In this document: one piece after another, positions 1 through 13,967 of the stretch | Layout of the letters: each line of letters starts with the position of its first letter | Position numbering within the stretch: position 1 is the first letter of the stretch | Source of the DNA: Dipteris shenzhenensis | Lineage: Eukaryota | Length of the DNA: 64,000 bases | Reading direction: 5' to 3' (one strand) | Assembly (NCBI GenBank): GCA_047967505.1 | Contig: CM106538.1 | Notes under the pieces: model-generated | Database searches by the model: none | Seen by the model: the letters and a program-made list of their open reading frames with translations, nothing else | What the model was told of the DNA's origin: nothing | Made by a program: the position numbers and the translations under genes

Positions 1-329
1 CACCTCCCTCAGCCGCACAGGTTGTTGTTTGTGTTGATATTGGCACCTCCTTCTAGCTCGAGCCACCAGAGTCATTAAACCTGTGCGTAAAAGCAAATGG
101 CATTGTAACCGCTTTTTAGGAAATTCTCTACAATCAATTCAAGATGAACGGTTGATAGTGGTACACATGGCTGAAGGAGGGCTCAGAAAACCCAAACTTC
201 CCTCTACACTCACTCACCCATGATCCTATCTAAGGGTACATGGCCCTCGATTGATAATCGTAGGTTTCATAGATGTGGTTAAGTCATGTACAACATACAC
301 ATGCACCCATCTACAAGCTAAGACGTTAT

Positions 330-405
330 GCCCGCCCTCCAAGATTTGAACCCATGAGTTGAGAATGGAAGCCCAATGCTCAAACTTGGAGGCAACAGAG
401 AAGCT
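330..405 (-). other. Possible degenerate tRNA-derived SINE head
   Basis: Minus strand reads gcttctctgttgcctccaagtttgagc...catgGGTTCAAATCttggagggcgggc, with a B-box-like GGTTCAAATC; the A box is poor. Confidence 0.3.
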
Positions 406-1005
406 TTTTTAAAACTAAAAGTCCTCCTTTAAGGTACTGAATGAGTTTTTTTTTAAGGGTTGGTCACCCGCAAAAAAGACCTTGATTATAAAAAAGGGGG
501 ATATTAAATGTCAAAAAGCTCGGCTAGGCAAAAAACAAAAAACCTTGACTAATTCTGCATATCGACTTTCTTGCCAAATCTCCTTGCTTGCCTTCATAGG
601 CCAAGCTTACATCACATAGCAAAGTTATGAGTAGCTCTTGACTACATCAGTTGTGTTAATGGAAGACAGCCAAGACATGCTAATTGCTCTCACATTCTAG
701 TCCAAGAGCTTTATTTTTTAACCAATATAGACAATGTGTTCTCGATCCCTATTATGTGAAACCTTGCTTTTAATTTGTTACAACAAATTGCCCAACAACT
801 CACAAAACTCATATTCTAATGCACACAATTTTTTAAGATGGTGCAAAAAGGCATGATATTCATATAAATCATGCCTTGTCATTTGAATTGATATGTAACA
901 TTATGCCATTTGTATTTAACAATCAAAAGATGCATGGATGTTAAAAACTCATCTTTTGGTCCAAACTCCAAAACAAGCAAATTTTGATAACTTGCAAAGA
1001 TACAA

Positions 1006-1281
1006 GGATGTGAAAACAGGGAGCACGTTAACGTGGTCCCTATTTTGGCCCGAAAGATGGCATTTTCACATCCTTATATCTTTTGATTTACAACTCCAAA
1101 TGGGGTCATGTTACATATGAAATCAAACGATAAGGCGTGATTAGGGATGTGAAGACAGGGAGCACGTTAATGTGGTCCTTGTTTTGGCCCAAAAGATAGC
1201 ATTTTCACATCCTTATATCTTTTGATTTACAAGTCCAAATGGTGTCATGTTACATATGAAATCAAATGGCAAGGCGTGATT
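1006..1281. repeat. Tandem duplication, ~138-bp unit x2
   Basis: ggatgtgaa(a/g)acagggagcacgttaa...tacatatgaaatcaaa...aaggcgtgatt occurs at ~1006 and ~1145. Confidence 0.9.
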
Positions 1282-1866
1282 TGGTTGATTATCATACCTA
1301 TTTGCACCATCTAGTAAGATTTCATGCACCAAAATATAAATTTGTGGTTAATTTGTTGCATTGGTTGGATTAGTGGAATGTAAGAGTGAATCATTGGGGA
1401 GGGAGTTTTTGAAGTAACAAAGAAACATAGGTTTTGTTCCAAGAGTGAATAGAGTTTAAAAAGCTAAGCATTTACATATGCATGGAATCTTAGCTAATCC
1501 ATTCAAGGAGTGCTTGGAAACACCCCACTTGTGTGGAAGGTTACATTGATGATCTCAATTACTATGGTGGAAAAGAGAACTTGATTGTAGTAGGGTTTGT
1601 CTTTGATACTAATGATGATTTAGCAATGAAACATACCACCTCTCTTATGGGTGGGTGATGTGAAATTAGTGTTAGTGGCTTTAAATATTTAACCTTGTAG
1701 CAGTAAGAAAACGTATGGAATTTTGAATAAATTATATTTTCTTACTACTCAAATGGGGGACTTATTAATCTTTTATTGTTTTGTATTGCTCGCTTTTGTT
1801 GGCTCGCTCGCCTTTTGTTGGCCGCATTTTGGTAATCCTCATGTGATTGCATGGTGATGTGGTGGG

Positions 1867-4800
1867 TCACTTCAACTTGAAGAGATCTATCACACAAGGA
1901 TACCCCTTAACACCTCTACTTTTTGCTCTAGTAAGTGAAACTCTTCTGAATGCAATTCGAAGAAAGATTGTTGTTGGTTCAATTGAGGGCTTATAACTCC
2001 CTTCAAGGTAACAACTCGCCATGCAAATGTTTACAGATCGCACCAACTCCGTGATGGCAGCAGAGGAATCGGTAGCTGATGCCCTTTTGTTAGAAATAAA
2101 TGCATTTTCTTTCATCTGGCTCTATATGCAACCTATCTAGATGTCATACAGCTTGTCAACAAGGTTGAGGATAAAGATCTCCCTGCACGGAATGAAGCCA
2201 TGTTGCTCTTGCCCCCGACCAACATTGGAAATTCTCCTTATGATCCTTAGAGTCACAGCCTTGGCCATGATCTTGTAGGCCACGATTAACATCTCCAACC
2301 TGGCTTATTAGGCCTTTTTGGGATAAATTTGATGAGTCCTAAATTGACATTGGGAGGTAAAAGACCTCTTTTAGAAGTAGTTGCATTTACCATTTTTGTT
2401 GAGTCCTTACCAAGAAGATCCCAAAAATACAAGAAGAACTTCTTAGGTAGGCCATTAATCCCTAAGACCTTCAAAAAGTTCTTCCTAAGGCTTATTAAGT
2501 CTGAACTTTTAGACCCTCTTGCAATTTGGATAACAAAGATTGAGTGCCATTAGGATCTATCATAGGGGCTTTCCCTACGATTCCTTTATGGCTAGCCCCA
2601 ACTATTCTTGGCTTAGCACTCCACCTTCATCCATGGTTTTGTCCACCTTTTCTAGTAGCTTATTATCTCTGACTCCTTGGAAAAAAAACCCTAGAAGGAT
2701 AGTCACCCAGCTTTAACCACTTTGTTCTCGATCATGCCCTTCAAGGAATGAGCTTTCTTAAGTTCCAACTCTTTGCAACTTGCCTTTGTTTCCTTTAATA
2801 AGGAAGTAAGGAACGGGTTAGAGGGAGAACTTTTTGTTGCCCTAAGCAAGGACGCACAAAATTTCTCTAAGGTTTTGTTGCCCTAAGCAAGAGGCACGTG
2901 CTTGCTCTAAAAGTAATATGAGGTCTGGCCTCATCTAGCACCGAGTTTAGCAAACGCTGAAGCATATCTAACTAAGGCACAGATCTCATCGTCATCCCAA
3001 TGTTGTAAAGGGTCTACTTTCCCATGAGTGGATGTGTTCCAAGTTTCTTTAATATCTTTGTCAAATCTAGTAAGACCTTTATGAGAGATATTAAGCCTAA
3101 AGGGAGTGTTGAGGGGAGCAGTTAAAATGCTAGGGAGACAAAATTGCTAATGGCTAGCTAAGAGAGAGACTTCCTCGCAAACGTGGAGGGGAATCCACAA
3201 GCTACCTTGGGAGAGAGTCTCTGTGGGCAGTTTTGAACACGTGAGCTATCTTCTTTGTATACCATGTGAATGCCCTCAAGACATACTCCTTGAGTAGAGC
3301 ACCATGGTCTTGCAGCTCCTATCTATCCCAATAGATTTTTCCATGCTTTAGCTTCATTCCTAGAGTGGCTTCTTCTAGGATGCAATCAATCTAGATTATT
3401 TTTTACCATCTTCCAATCACCAACAAGAATAGAGTGTTCCAAGATGAGCAAGGATAACTACTTTGGCATGCTCCTTTGACCTACATGCACACATATCGAG
3501 GCAGCTTAAAAAGTAAAGTCTCCTAAAGCTATTTGGACTATTAGAAGCCTCCCTTCATTGTCATTGAAAAGCAACTGAATTTTGAAAACTTTGAAAACTA
3601 GATTGGCTACCCACCCAACCCCCTTCTTGGGTTATGAACAAAACACATGGATAGATGCAAAGACCCCATAGGTTCTAGGAGACTATTTTAACAATTGAGG
3701 ATGATTTGATACTCTCTTCCTTTAAAAATGAGATCTCTAAGTTGGAATTTGATAGACCTCAAAGAGGTCTTGGATTATTTCATTATTGCACATTTACATT
3801 GTTTTTTGAGATGGGTTTATTTCCCTATTGGAGTTTTAGAGCAAGAATAGAGTCCCTTTCCCTTTTCTATTATCCTACATTGGGAAAATTCCTTGTCTTT
3901 AAGGTAGAAGAGAAGGAACATTAGCTTGTTTTGGAATGAGTGAGGAGTTATGCTTCCAACTCCAGCTTTCGACCTTAAACCCTTGAAAACTTTCTTTGGG
4001 GTTCTCCAAACATTTGAGACGTGCTTCCCCTCCTCAGAGAGAACTTTGGCATGAACTTTGGCAATGGGCAAGGCAGTAGACGTGTCAAGACTCTCAATCA
4101 TGTCAAAGGGTTTTCTGGTTGTCCTAGATGTAGAATTCCTAACATAATGACAAACTTGCTTACAAATGTAGCAAGCATTAGGGAATGGTCCAACTTACAC
4201 CTTTTGATTCCACATTCCCTCACCAATCTTGATGAGTTTTTTAGGTAAGTCTTCAAAATGGTTCCACAAGATCCAGGCAACCTTGAGCCTCCATTACCAG
4301 GTTGAGCAGGTGCGTGGAGCACATGACCAAGTAGTCTTTCCATCTCATCCAACTCTACGTCTAGCTATATTGGGATTTTAGGGAACTCAACCAAGACTGG
4401 GCAGTTGGCATTTGGTCTACAAAAATTATTTGATGGAGAACTTGGGGGACCATGAAAGAGCCAAGACAACTTCACCTTTAAGCCCAGGGACCTCGAAAGA
4501 ATTTTATTCTTGGAGGCTTCATATTCCAACTCCACCAAGAAGGGGCCTTTACCTAGATAGCGACAAGATGGGGCATTAAACTTAAGAACCAAACCACATA
4601 GAAAGCATCTCTCAAACTTGTTAAACATCTGGGACTTGCTGACAAAGAAGAGGTACACTACTCTAGATGCCAACCAAAGCAGATCATCCTTAATCACTCC
4701 AAGAGAGAGTTCAAGTACATGCTCCAACTTTCACAAGTTTACATAGGACTCTTTAGTAGTTGCCATCCCTTTCCCATGATCCACCTCTTCTTAGAGGAGT

Positions 4801-4900
4801 TATGCAACCTCTTCATCTGAATATACATGATCTTTGCCCTTGAACTTCACTGCAAATGAGACTCCACTTCTGGAGCTCCTCCTTTCTCTCCACCACAATA
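1867..4900 (-). mobile_element. Decayed L1-clade LINE (ORF1/EN/RT relic)
   Basis: Minus-strand peptides YFWDLLGKDSTKMVN...NLGLIKFIPK, QHGFIP and GVKGYP are L1 RT-like; many stops and frameshifts; boundaries approximate. Confidence 0.6.
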
Positions 4901-5679
4901 CAATGCAACTTCTTTTTTATTTTCTCTGTAAGAGGAGAAAAATTAGTGCCAACAACCACTTGTGAGCTTGAGTAATGCATACAACCTCTACATGTTGCAT
5001 GCAAAACTTGGATATACTCTAGAATGCATTAGCAAACAACTCTAAGTTGTCAACTTCAATGGTAGAGGGTGGCAGGATGTGACGTTTGTCACTCGAATTC
5101 AAAGTATTCATACTCTTAACCTTTGGACAAGCTCTACCCTTCACAATTGTCGACCTTTGACAGGGAGGGTCAAGACATTACAAAAGAAGCAGGGAGATGA
5201 ATATGGCTTAAACAATCTATAGAACCAAGATCAAGGATAGCCCCAAGCATGCTTGTTGTAACTTGACATTCTCTACAAGACCGAGGAAACCAAATCTAAT
5301 AATAAAAAGCTTTTTACAAGAGCAAGACTTGATCACAAAAGAGTCCCAATCTACTGAGCCAATGTTATGTTGCACATGCTTAAACAAATACAAAAGGGAT
5401 ATGTGCCAACATTTGCAAGGAAAAACATGATAATATCAACTAAAACATAGCACACTAAAAACTTGAATGACATTGATGCTTGTCTAGTGTCTATGAGGAT
5501 ACCATTTGCTCACAATCGTGAGTTAACATATGATGGTCAATACGGTTTGACTTAGCATGAACACACTACCCAGATCCTCCAAAGGAAAAGTGACCAAATA
5601 GCGGCAAACATTTGTAAATTCATTTGCTTGCTCAACGGAAGTGACACCCGTTTCAAGTAGATCAGTGGCATTGTACCCA

Positions 5680-8600
5680 ATGCAAATAGGGCACCCCTGA
5701 TAGAAAGATCTATTGAGGGAAAATCTTCCTACCACCCCCTCATTCACACAGAGTATCACGGGTGCATTGCCAAACAAAGATGCAACTTCTAGACAAAACC
5801 CTTTCCAAATTCTAAGTTTTCTAAAACCACTAGCAAGTAATCCCATTTTAGGTGGTCATATGCTTCATCGAAGTTGAGGCCGAATAGCAAGGCTCATTGA
5901 CTGGTATTGCATGCCAAGTCCAACGGCGGTGAACGTTGATAATATTTTTGAAGATGTCATGGCCTTTTACAAACCCATTTTGCTCTTAATCGACTTCCAT
6001 GCAAACCTCTCTAATGAGTATTTCTAGGGCCTTTGTGATAATTTTGTATGAAGTGTTGAGCATAGTAATTGGTCCCCAATCACCTACCTTAATCTGGTTC
6101 TGCTTCTTAGGGAAGAGTTTAACTAGTCCCATGTATACATCCTTCGAAAGGGAACCTCTAGAAATGGCCTCATTTACCATGTCAACTAGATCGTTGTTGC
6201 CAACTATAAGACTGAAATGCCTTGAAGAATTCAACAGCTAAACCATTTGGTCTCGTTGACTTGTCGTCTTCAAGGGCTTCCAATGCTTCTTCCAGCTCCT
6301 GAAGAGAGAAAGGCCTGGCCAACAGTCCTTTTTGGAAATCCAAGCCCTCATTCCAATACCTACTGATGGCTCATTTATGTTATCTGTCCACGCCGCATCT
6401 TGAATGGCTTTGTCTCTCGCTATCTCCCCTAGTTCCTATAGAAATGTTTGAGCCACATGCCAAAACTCAATTACTAATCTTCCTTGTGAATTGGTGACTC
6501 TGCCAAAGTTTTCCTTCTCATTTTTCATGTTGACCTCCAAGAAAAAGCTTGGACAATCCCCTATTGCTAGCCATAACTGATGACTTTGGATTCTTACCGC
6601 CTCCGCTGACTGCAGTTCCACTTCCTAAAGGGCTGCTTTGGTCTCGACCATTAAGGTAGTCACTATCGAATCTTTGGGATCAACCGCTACAGCTACCCTA
6701 AGGGATTGCCTGATGTCAGCAAGTGCCACCTCTACTCGTTTTATTTTATTTTTGTGCTGGCTATCCTTCTCCTTTGCAAATTTCATGACTCCTTTGATAG
6801 CCGCATCCCACTTCTGACAGGGGATGACAATTCCAGTAGTCGACTTGCGCCATATGATCGTAACATTGATAATGATACCAATACATAGGCTTTTTCTCCC
6901 TAATCCTCACACCCTGGATTTCTGTTTCTTAATTATGCCCATCTGTAGCTCCTTCCTAGATTTATAATTCTTAAGTATGCTCATCCCTAGCTTTTCCAAA
7001 CCTTCCATGACACACCTCCCTTTCCTTTGACCTACCTCAACTCCTCCAAGGGTGTTTCAAAGATAGGACACCTTTCAAGCAAGATTAAGTGGTACAATCT
7101 TTCTCATTTTTCCTTGTTTTTGCATTTCTTTGGTGTTCTTTTCTTTTTCTTTCAAATTGTATTCTCTCTCCATCAACATTGTTTGTGCATCCTAAATCTA
7201 GACAAGCTCATTCCATGCCAAATAGGAGATCTACATTTGGGTTTACCCATTTTGGATTCCTTCTGGCATGTTCTAAATCTTCTTCCTCCTTGAATGGGAC
7301 ATCTTTGCATCATTTATACACAATAAAAGGGTCCTTATGTTAATCTCAATATTCTCACACATTAACTATTAAGTTTAGGCTTAAGCCCAAGGTTTGCATA
7401 TATGTGAACTTGAATGAGGCAAGCCTTTTAAAATTTAGTTAGGTCAACCTAGTGGAAAGGAGGGTTGATATAAGTGATAATCTTTCAAGAGGTCCATATT
7501 TTAAAGTATCCTAATCAACTCATGAAAATGTTCTTGCAATACGCAATGAAAGAGGCTATATCGAGAAGAATCATATCCGACTTGTAGTGCTTGAAAGACA
7601 TTAGAACAAGGGAAGGTTGGTCATATGAATGAGGGGAGGTCGATAATAAGAGGAGGTCCAAGTGGCTCTCCATAGTGAACCTGCTCCGCGATGAAGATTT
7701 ATTTTCATTCCAAATACCTTGGCAACTAGAGTATTCAGCAGTGCTCCTCTCGCTCCAAATAGAGGCAATTTAGTTGATGCATCCCGGGGCATGGGGATAT
7801 GACAAAGCATCTAGGTGCGAGTTTGAATCCTCCCATTTTCGTAAGGCTTGTTTGACACCCCAATGCTAGATGGTGCCCAGCCAATTGCTTGAGTCCCTTG
7901 TTAAGGTCCTCTCCTCCTTCTACTCTTCTTATAGCAAGTCGTGCCAGCCCTGTGGTCTGAATTGCTAGGCCACGTTCCTCCCAATCAGGTGCTGAGATGG
8001 CCATAGCATAGAGCTACATGGAAAAAGTGTAAGAAAATAATACAATGTCTGTGCTCAACAGATAACAGGATCTCGTACGCAAGAGAGAAAACAAGATAGT
8101 ATGGAGAATCAAAAATTTGATTATTGTAGAACTGATACAATAGATGGCGGTGCCTCCCAACTGTGCACTCCTGTGAAAGAAGCTTCGATGGCGTGCTGGA
8201 AATAGTAGAAGACGGAGGCTGGATGCTAAGGAATCAGGGTTGCTGTAGCTAGTGATGAAATGGGCTTCACGGGCTTGCTCTTATATAGCCACCAGTCGTA
8301 GTCGGTTAGGCTCAATTGGGTGACCGACCTAGTCCGCCCAAAATGGTCGATTGGGGGTCGGTCTCGAAATAGGCTACCGACCATACGATAGAACCGGTGC
8401 GCAAAACAGAGCAACTAACCTATGGTTACCATTCGGCCCAGAGCCATTCGGGATCATCTGAGGCTCCAAACGGGCCCCGCAACCCGAGAGTGGGCTGCCC
8501 CGGGAAATGCTCCGTCTACCCTCAGTGCGGTCAGTCAAGGGATGCCTTCCCGCACTTGCATGTAGCCTAGTTGGCAGTGTGCCAACTCTATCTAAAGCCA

Positions 8601-8920
8601 TCCAGCCATCAGGCCACACATGGCCCCCATCTGGTGTCTAAACGAGGACCTACCGGATAACCGAGCTACTCAAATGCCTTCTCCTCATATGGGGGGCTTA
8701 CAAGTAGAATTAGTTGGTTCCCGCGTAGTTACACGAGAGTGGAGCATTGATATCTAACAAAAAGTAGTGGGGTGGTCCTTTGAACTTAAGAAATGTCCAT
8801 GCAGTAAGTGGATGAGCCACCTCTTGAATACAAAGGGTTGATTGTTCGTGTCTTGGGAAATTCTTAGAGCGTTCTCATTGGGAGGAGAGACCATTGGAAT
8901 TTGGTGCTTTCCTTTCATCA
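5680..8920 (-). mobile_element. Decayed L1-clade LINE, interrupted in its ORF1 region by a solo LTR
   Basis: GLVKLFPKKQNQIKVGDWGPITMLNTSYKIITKAL, WLAIGDCPSFF and RSFYQGCP are L1 ORF2 motifs; boundaries approximate. Confidence 0.7.
8028..8702 (-). mobile_element. Solo LTR (675 bp)
   Basis: Inverted termini TGTAAG...CTTACA, GC-rich U3-like part and minus-strand TATATAAG near 8281-8288; the 5-bp flanks (aaaag/agtag) are not a clean TSD. Confidence 0.6.
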
Positions 8921-8924
8921 TTTT

Positions 8925-11075
8925 CAAAACAAAAAAAAGGTTATTGATGCAACCTTAAATCAAGTAAGGGGTGGTTAGTCCTTAGAAAAAAACCCAGTAC
9001 AACAAAAACAAATCGGCCACATCTAGGGGCAACTCACCCAAGGCCCGCACTGCATTCGCAGTACAACCTCCTCTAGATCCAGACACCCACACCTTGCAAC
9101 AACTGCCCCACCAGCTCATCTTTCCTGCCAACCAACACTCCAATATCCCTCAAGTTTTCCTTAATCTCACTAATCACCAATGGCACCCTCATCTCCAATG
9201 GAGCGGGGCTCCGAAAGATTAGACAGTTTCTAACAGACCAGACCGCCAATAAAAGAGCAGCTCGTACATAAGGCAAGCAACTCAAAAACAAGGGGGGAGC
9301 ACGCCTCGGATCCCTAAGCAGGGCCAAGCACCAATTGGGCCCTACTGCACGCCCCATCCATAAGCCAGCAGCACCTACAGCAAAGGCTACTCTCTTCCAC
9401 AACTCCCTGACTAGCTCACACTCCTAAAAAAGATGCATCACTTTTTCTTGCGCCACCCCACAAAAGGACATAGTGGATTAACTTGCATCCATCTCACCAG
9501 CCTATTTCTCACGGGCAGCCACCCATGCATAAGTTTCCATAAGAAGAATTTGAATTTCCCAGGTAGTTGCAATTTCCATAGCTCCTCAAACCTCTGTCTC
9601 CACCACTCCATACCACATTGTGAGGTCGTGCCACCCTTGTTGTAAGCGTCCCAGCTCTTTGTAACACAATCTTGATGAAATCCTTGCCAACGCTGTGCGA
9701 CCAACCATCCATTGTTTCTCCCTCCAATGCAAGGAAGGGCATGAGTTCGTTGGCCAAGACTGCGGTAAGGACGCTACGACCCAAGACAAGAAGGCCGTTT
9801 CTCTAAGAGCAAGACCAAATTCTTGCACCCCTATTCAACGGCTTCCAAAATGCTTGCTGTTGATCCCATACATCAATCCAACACCTCACACCTTTCTTGT
9901 GCAAGGCCCTAGCCCTTCGACAGTTTAGTAGCGCCAACGGTTTCCCATCCACTGCGGTGGTTAATCCCCACCAGATATTTTCCCATAAACTGGCATCACC
10001 CCTTAAGCCCTCCCTGCCTTTCCACTTCAATACACTAAAGCTCTGCTTCCAGGCTTCCACTATACCAGCCAATAGATCCGAACCTTTAATCTTGACAGGG
10101 AACCAAGAGACTAATTTATAGTACCAAGATAGTTGCACCCAGAAACCCGTTCCTTTACCTACCGCTTCCTCAACAGACACACGAAGGATTTCGGTCAGGG
10201 AGCTGAAGAGTAAAACAACTTTGGTAACCATTTAGCCAGCAGAGAAATATTGCGGCATCTAATGTCAAGGACAACAAGTCCACCCACATTTTTAGCACTC
10301 TTAATTAGCTCCCACAAGATATAATGGAGTCGTTTATGCCCAGCTTCCCCAGCCTATAAAAATGACCTGAACATTTTTTCTATTTCCTGCCAATGGGTAG
10401 GCCTAAAGTGCCACACCAATGAGACATAAGTTGTTGATGACGCCAGCACATGCTTGATCACAATAATCCTGGCATTCCAGCCTAAATTCAACCCATTCCA
10501 CCTTTGGAGCTTAGCTATAAACTGCTCCTTCACCCAATTGAATCACTGACGAAGAGACAAGCCTATACCTAGCGGAACTCCGAGATAATGAACAATCTGT
10601 CCTCTCCCCACCCATTTGACTGGCAAAGAGGAAGCCCAGTCGGGTAAGGGATTCAAAGACACTCGCTAGGCAAAAGTTTTCTGCGAACTACAGATGGACC
10701 CCGACGCAGCACAAAACCTCTGAATGACCTGGAATAAGCAATCCACACATTGTTTGGACTCCTCCACAAAGATAAGGAGATCATCAGCAAACATTTGTAA
10801 GGTGAAATGGCTCCTAGACGGTAAACACACCCCCATGAGCCACAGAGTGCTTAGTTGAACCAATTAAGGGCATCGTATAGAGAGCAAACAGCAATGGGGC
10901 CAACGGGCACCCTTGCTTGATCGATCTACCGAACCCCAAATGGAGCAGAACCTCCTTGATGAACTCCCACAGCACTCGGTCATATGCCTTATCAAAGTCG
11001 ATGCCCAAAACCAAACATTTTTTACCTTTACCAGAAGACACAGCATAATCAAGGGCCCAAGTGGTGCACCCAAAG
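8925..11075 (-). mobile_element. 5'-truncated decayed L1-clade LINE (RT C-half + zf-RVT)
   Basis: IDFDKAYDRVLW, KQGCPLAPLLFALY, QMFADDLLIF, LWKLQLPGKFKFFLWKLMHGWLPV...CPF and WSVRNCLIF. Confidence 0.85.
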
Positions 11076-11466
11076 GTCGTTGGGCAGTTGTGAGCTGTAT
11101 TCATTAGTCATTGTAGACGAGATAGTACTTCATCTGATTGTTCTCTCTTCTGTGTCGTCGCTTCGATCCAGCTGCTGCATCCAGCTTAGAGTTAGAGGAT
11201 AAATTGCTGCATCCATCCAAGTTTTGTTCATCGTCCAGGATAAAGTTTGTCAGTTGTGAGCTTTCCGAGAAGAAAAAGAAGCAAGAATGTCGTTGGATCG
11301 GCAGCCCGCAGCAGCTGTAGCAGAGAATTTGCTCCCATAGCACCTGCAGCTACGGAAAACTTATTTGCAGAGCAACGGTGTCATGCGAGCTCATGGAAAC
11401 AGGAACATCCTATTTTGAGCTGAAGAAAGGAAGAAGATTCCTCGTATCTATGGCTCCTCCATCTGC

Positions 11467-11680
11467 ATGATCTCCTTTGCCCCTATGGCGCAAGGATTCT
11501 TTAACTGCCCTGTCCGAATGCGTTGCTCCTACAGAATCGCGACTATGGTTGTCTGCGGCGGCAATGTCTTGGCGGCTCTCTACCTCCTCCATTCTCTTTT
11601 GGGTCCCGTCTTTCATTTTCCCTCATCACCTCCTTCGTCACTTGGTGTCGTAATTCAAACTCGGCGGGCGCCTTTATCAG
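11467..11680 (+). CDS. Host gene exon 1 of 4: small uncharacterised land-plant protein (179 aa) with an N-terminal hydrophobic/TM segment
   Basis: ORF MISFAPMAQGFFNCPVRMRCSYRIATMVVCGGNVLAALYLLHSLL...; donor CAG|GTTTTT at 11680/11681 (phase 1). The RCSY + hydrophobic helix motif matches my recollection of a conserved plant family. The start could alternatively be the ATG at 11485. Confidence 0.8.
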
Positions 11681-11762
11681 GTTTTTACCCAGCCTTTCTT
11701 AGGAAATAGCATCTGATTGTTTGCGTGTATCTAATATTGGTGTCTCATTTGTCTTCCTGAAG

Positions 11763-11851
11763 CTGTGAAATATACCGAAGAGCAACTCAGCCGCATGAAG
11801 GAAGCAGTCTCACAATGGAAAGCTGCCAGGCCCGTGGAACTTATCAAAAGG
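11763..11851 (+). CDS. Host gene exon 2 (AVKYTEEQLSRMKEAVSQWKAARPVELIKR)
   Basis: Acceptor ttcctgaAG|CT after an 82-nt intron, donor AGG|GTACGC; phases compatible with exons 1 and 3. Confidence 0.85.
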
Positions 11852-13029
11852 GTACGCCCTCTTAATTACAGCGAATATCCGTTGGGTTGGACAAAAATTA
11901 GATTCATACTACGCAAAAGCTGCTTTTATTAGGAAGGTTAACGTTTAAACAGCGTCACGTACAGAGTTATATTTTCCAGGGCCATTCCGTGGCTTTGTGA
12001 GGATTTTTCAAAATTGCTTCTTTGCGTCTATTTTGGGCACTATCTAACATCTAGGCTCAGATACTTGTGATGCGATTCATACGTTCAATCCATTTGTGAT
12101 GTAGACAAAGATGCCTATGAATGTTCAGGGTACTGTGCCACCACCAGTATTGCAGAAGGTTTATTTAAGTTAAAACTCAGAATGGGTAGCCCATTTTGAG
12201 TGTCTGTGCTCAAGTATTGCTGTGAGGCTAACTTGGATGATCGATGAGATGTCATACAAGCCTTATGCTCGTTGTGTAAGCCATCCATTAATCAGCAGAT
12301 ATATGCATAATAATGGGACAAGCCTTATTCTTGCCATTCATTAAGCATCTTTTTGGGGATGAGGGGGGTCCGGTACGATCTGGTGTGGCTTATAATGATG
12401 TTACATCCCGTGGACTTAAGTTCAACCCCCCAAGGGCATCTATGAGCATGGCTAGTTGACCACAGACCAGGCCTGTTGTGTGGTCAAAACCTCGTGAGCA
12501 GTGAGTCTAGACACTTGTGAAATTCTCGCTTGGCTGGCTACGTTGTGCATGTTGAATCAATCTATGGTCCCATTATGGACGATCAAGGTCCTTTGAGTGT
12601 GGAGGAGGCCTTGATATGGTATGCCGCATTTGGTTTAATTTGGTCTTGGATCATGTTTGGTGGAACCTTGCACTCTGTTATCTATGCTTGACTTTGCTCC
12701 ACCTACATGGTATTGCTCTCATGATCTAGACCCAAACTAGACGAAACAATGTCTGGATTGAGTATGACCCTGTAAGTATCTGGATCTTGCGATGAGACTT
12801 ATAAGATAGACTACATGACCCATGTAAGTAGTTTAGTGCCATATGTAAATCAAAGCACTGGTAATCAACTGAATGGCTGAGACTAGTGGGGGAGAAGATA
12901 CCTTGGAGCCAATGAATGCCCCACGGTGCCACCTCCTTGAATGGTGAGAGTCAACCATACTAGTTTCAGTTCAGGAACCACACAATATTGCAACAGTTCA
13001 GGAACCACACAATATTGCCTCCATGACTA

Positions 13030-13700
13030 GATGCCAATAATGACATCAAGTGCCTTTGGCGCAATCTAGAAAGTCTTGCGATCTATAAACCCACCGTTCT
13101 TGAGATTGACCGACTTTGTTTGCATATTTGAATAAGTGAGGGCTCCAACAAAGAGGCATCCCCTTGCGTTGCTGGCCGAGTGGGACAAAGCTCTAGCCTG
13201 CTTGTCTAGTATCCTTTTTGAAAGGGTGTCGTTAGTACTGCCACTATCAAAGAATACCAAGACCTTGTATCCACTAACATTGCTATAGGCTTTCAAGGTG
13301 TCGACACATTGGTATTGCACGCTCTTGTACCTTCTTAATGATGAGTCAAGGCAAGTGTTGCGGAGCTATCGAAGGTATTACTAATAGTGCAAGTCTATCA
13401 GTGTTCAATGCAGGGCAATCCTGCTTAGTGTGACTGAGTTCTTGGCAATGGAAGTATTTTCCCTCCTTTAGGTTAATGTAGAAGATTTAATCTTCTCTGG
13501 AGAGCTTGCATCATAGTTTGTATGGTGGAGGTTGATGTCGAGTCTAAAACGCTGGGCTTGGGTCTAATGAACTGCTTTGACTGATCCATGTGTGTTGGTG
13601 GCGACGAAGTTGTGTTCTTGCAGGAGGGGAGCACGGCCATTGTTGGAGGCGTTGAACGCCACTCATTGTAGAGTGAAAAACGAATTGGAGAAATGTAACA
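13030..13700 (-). mobile_element. Ty3/gypsy gag-protease relic
   Basis: Decayed zinc knuckle (KYFHCQELSHTKQDCP, ~13410-13460) followed by retropepsin motif VLVFFDSGST. Confidence 0.7.
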
Positions 13701-13967
13701 TTCTTAAGTTTTTTTCGAGACTGCTTTGTAAGCAACAATGATTCTATTCTTTCTCCCTTAGTTTTACTTTATAAAAGCATTTTCTTCATAAAACCCTAAA
13801 AAGTGTGTATTTTGGTGACTTCCTTCACCTGAAAGAATAATTATATCTTTATAGGACTGATTTGCGATTTTCAAATGGGGTTTTGCGTCTAGAGCTTATC
13901 AAATTTGTGCATTTCTTGATGAGATATTTACTGCATATTTCTTTTCAATGTCCATATGGCTCCCCAC

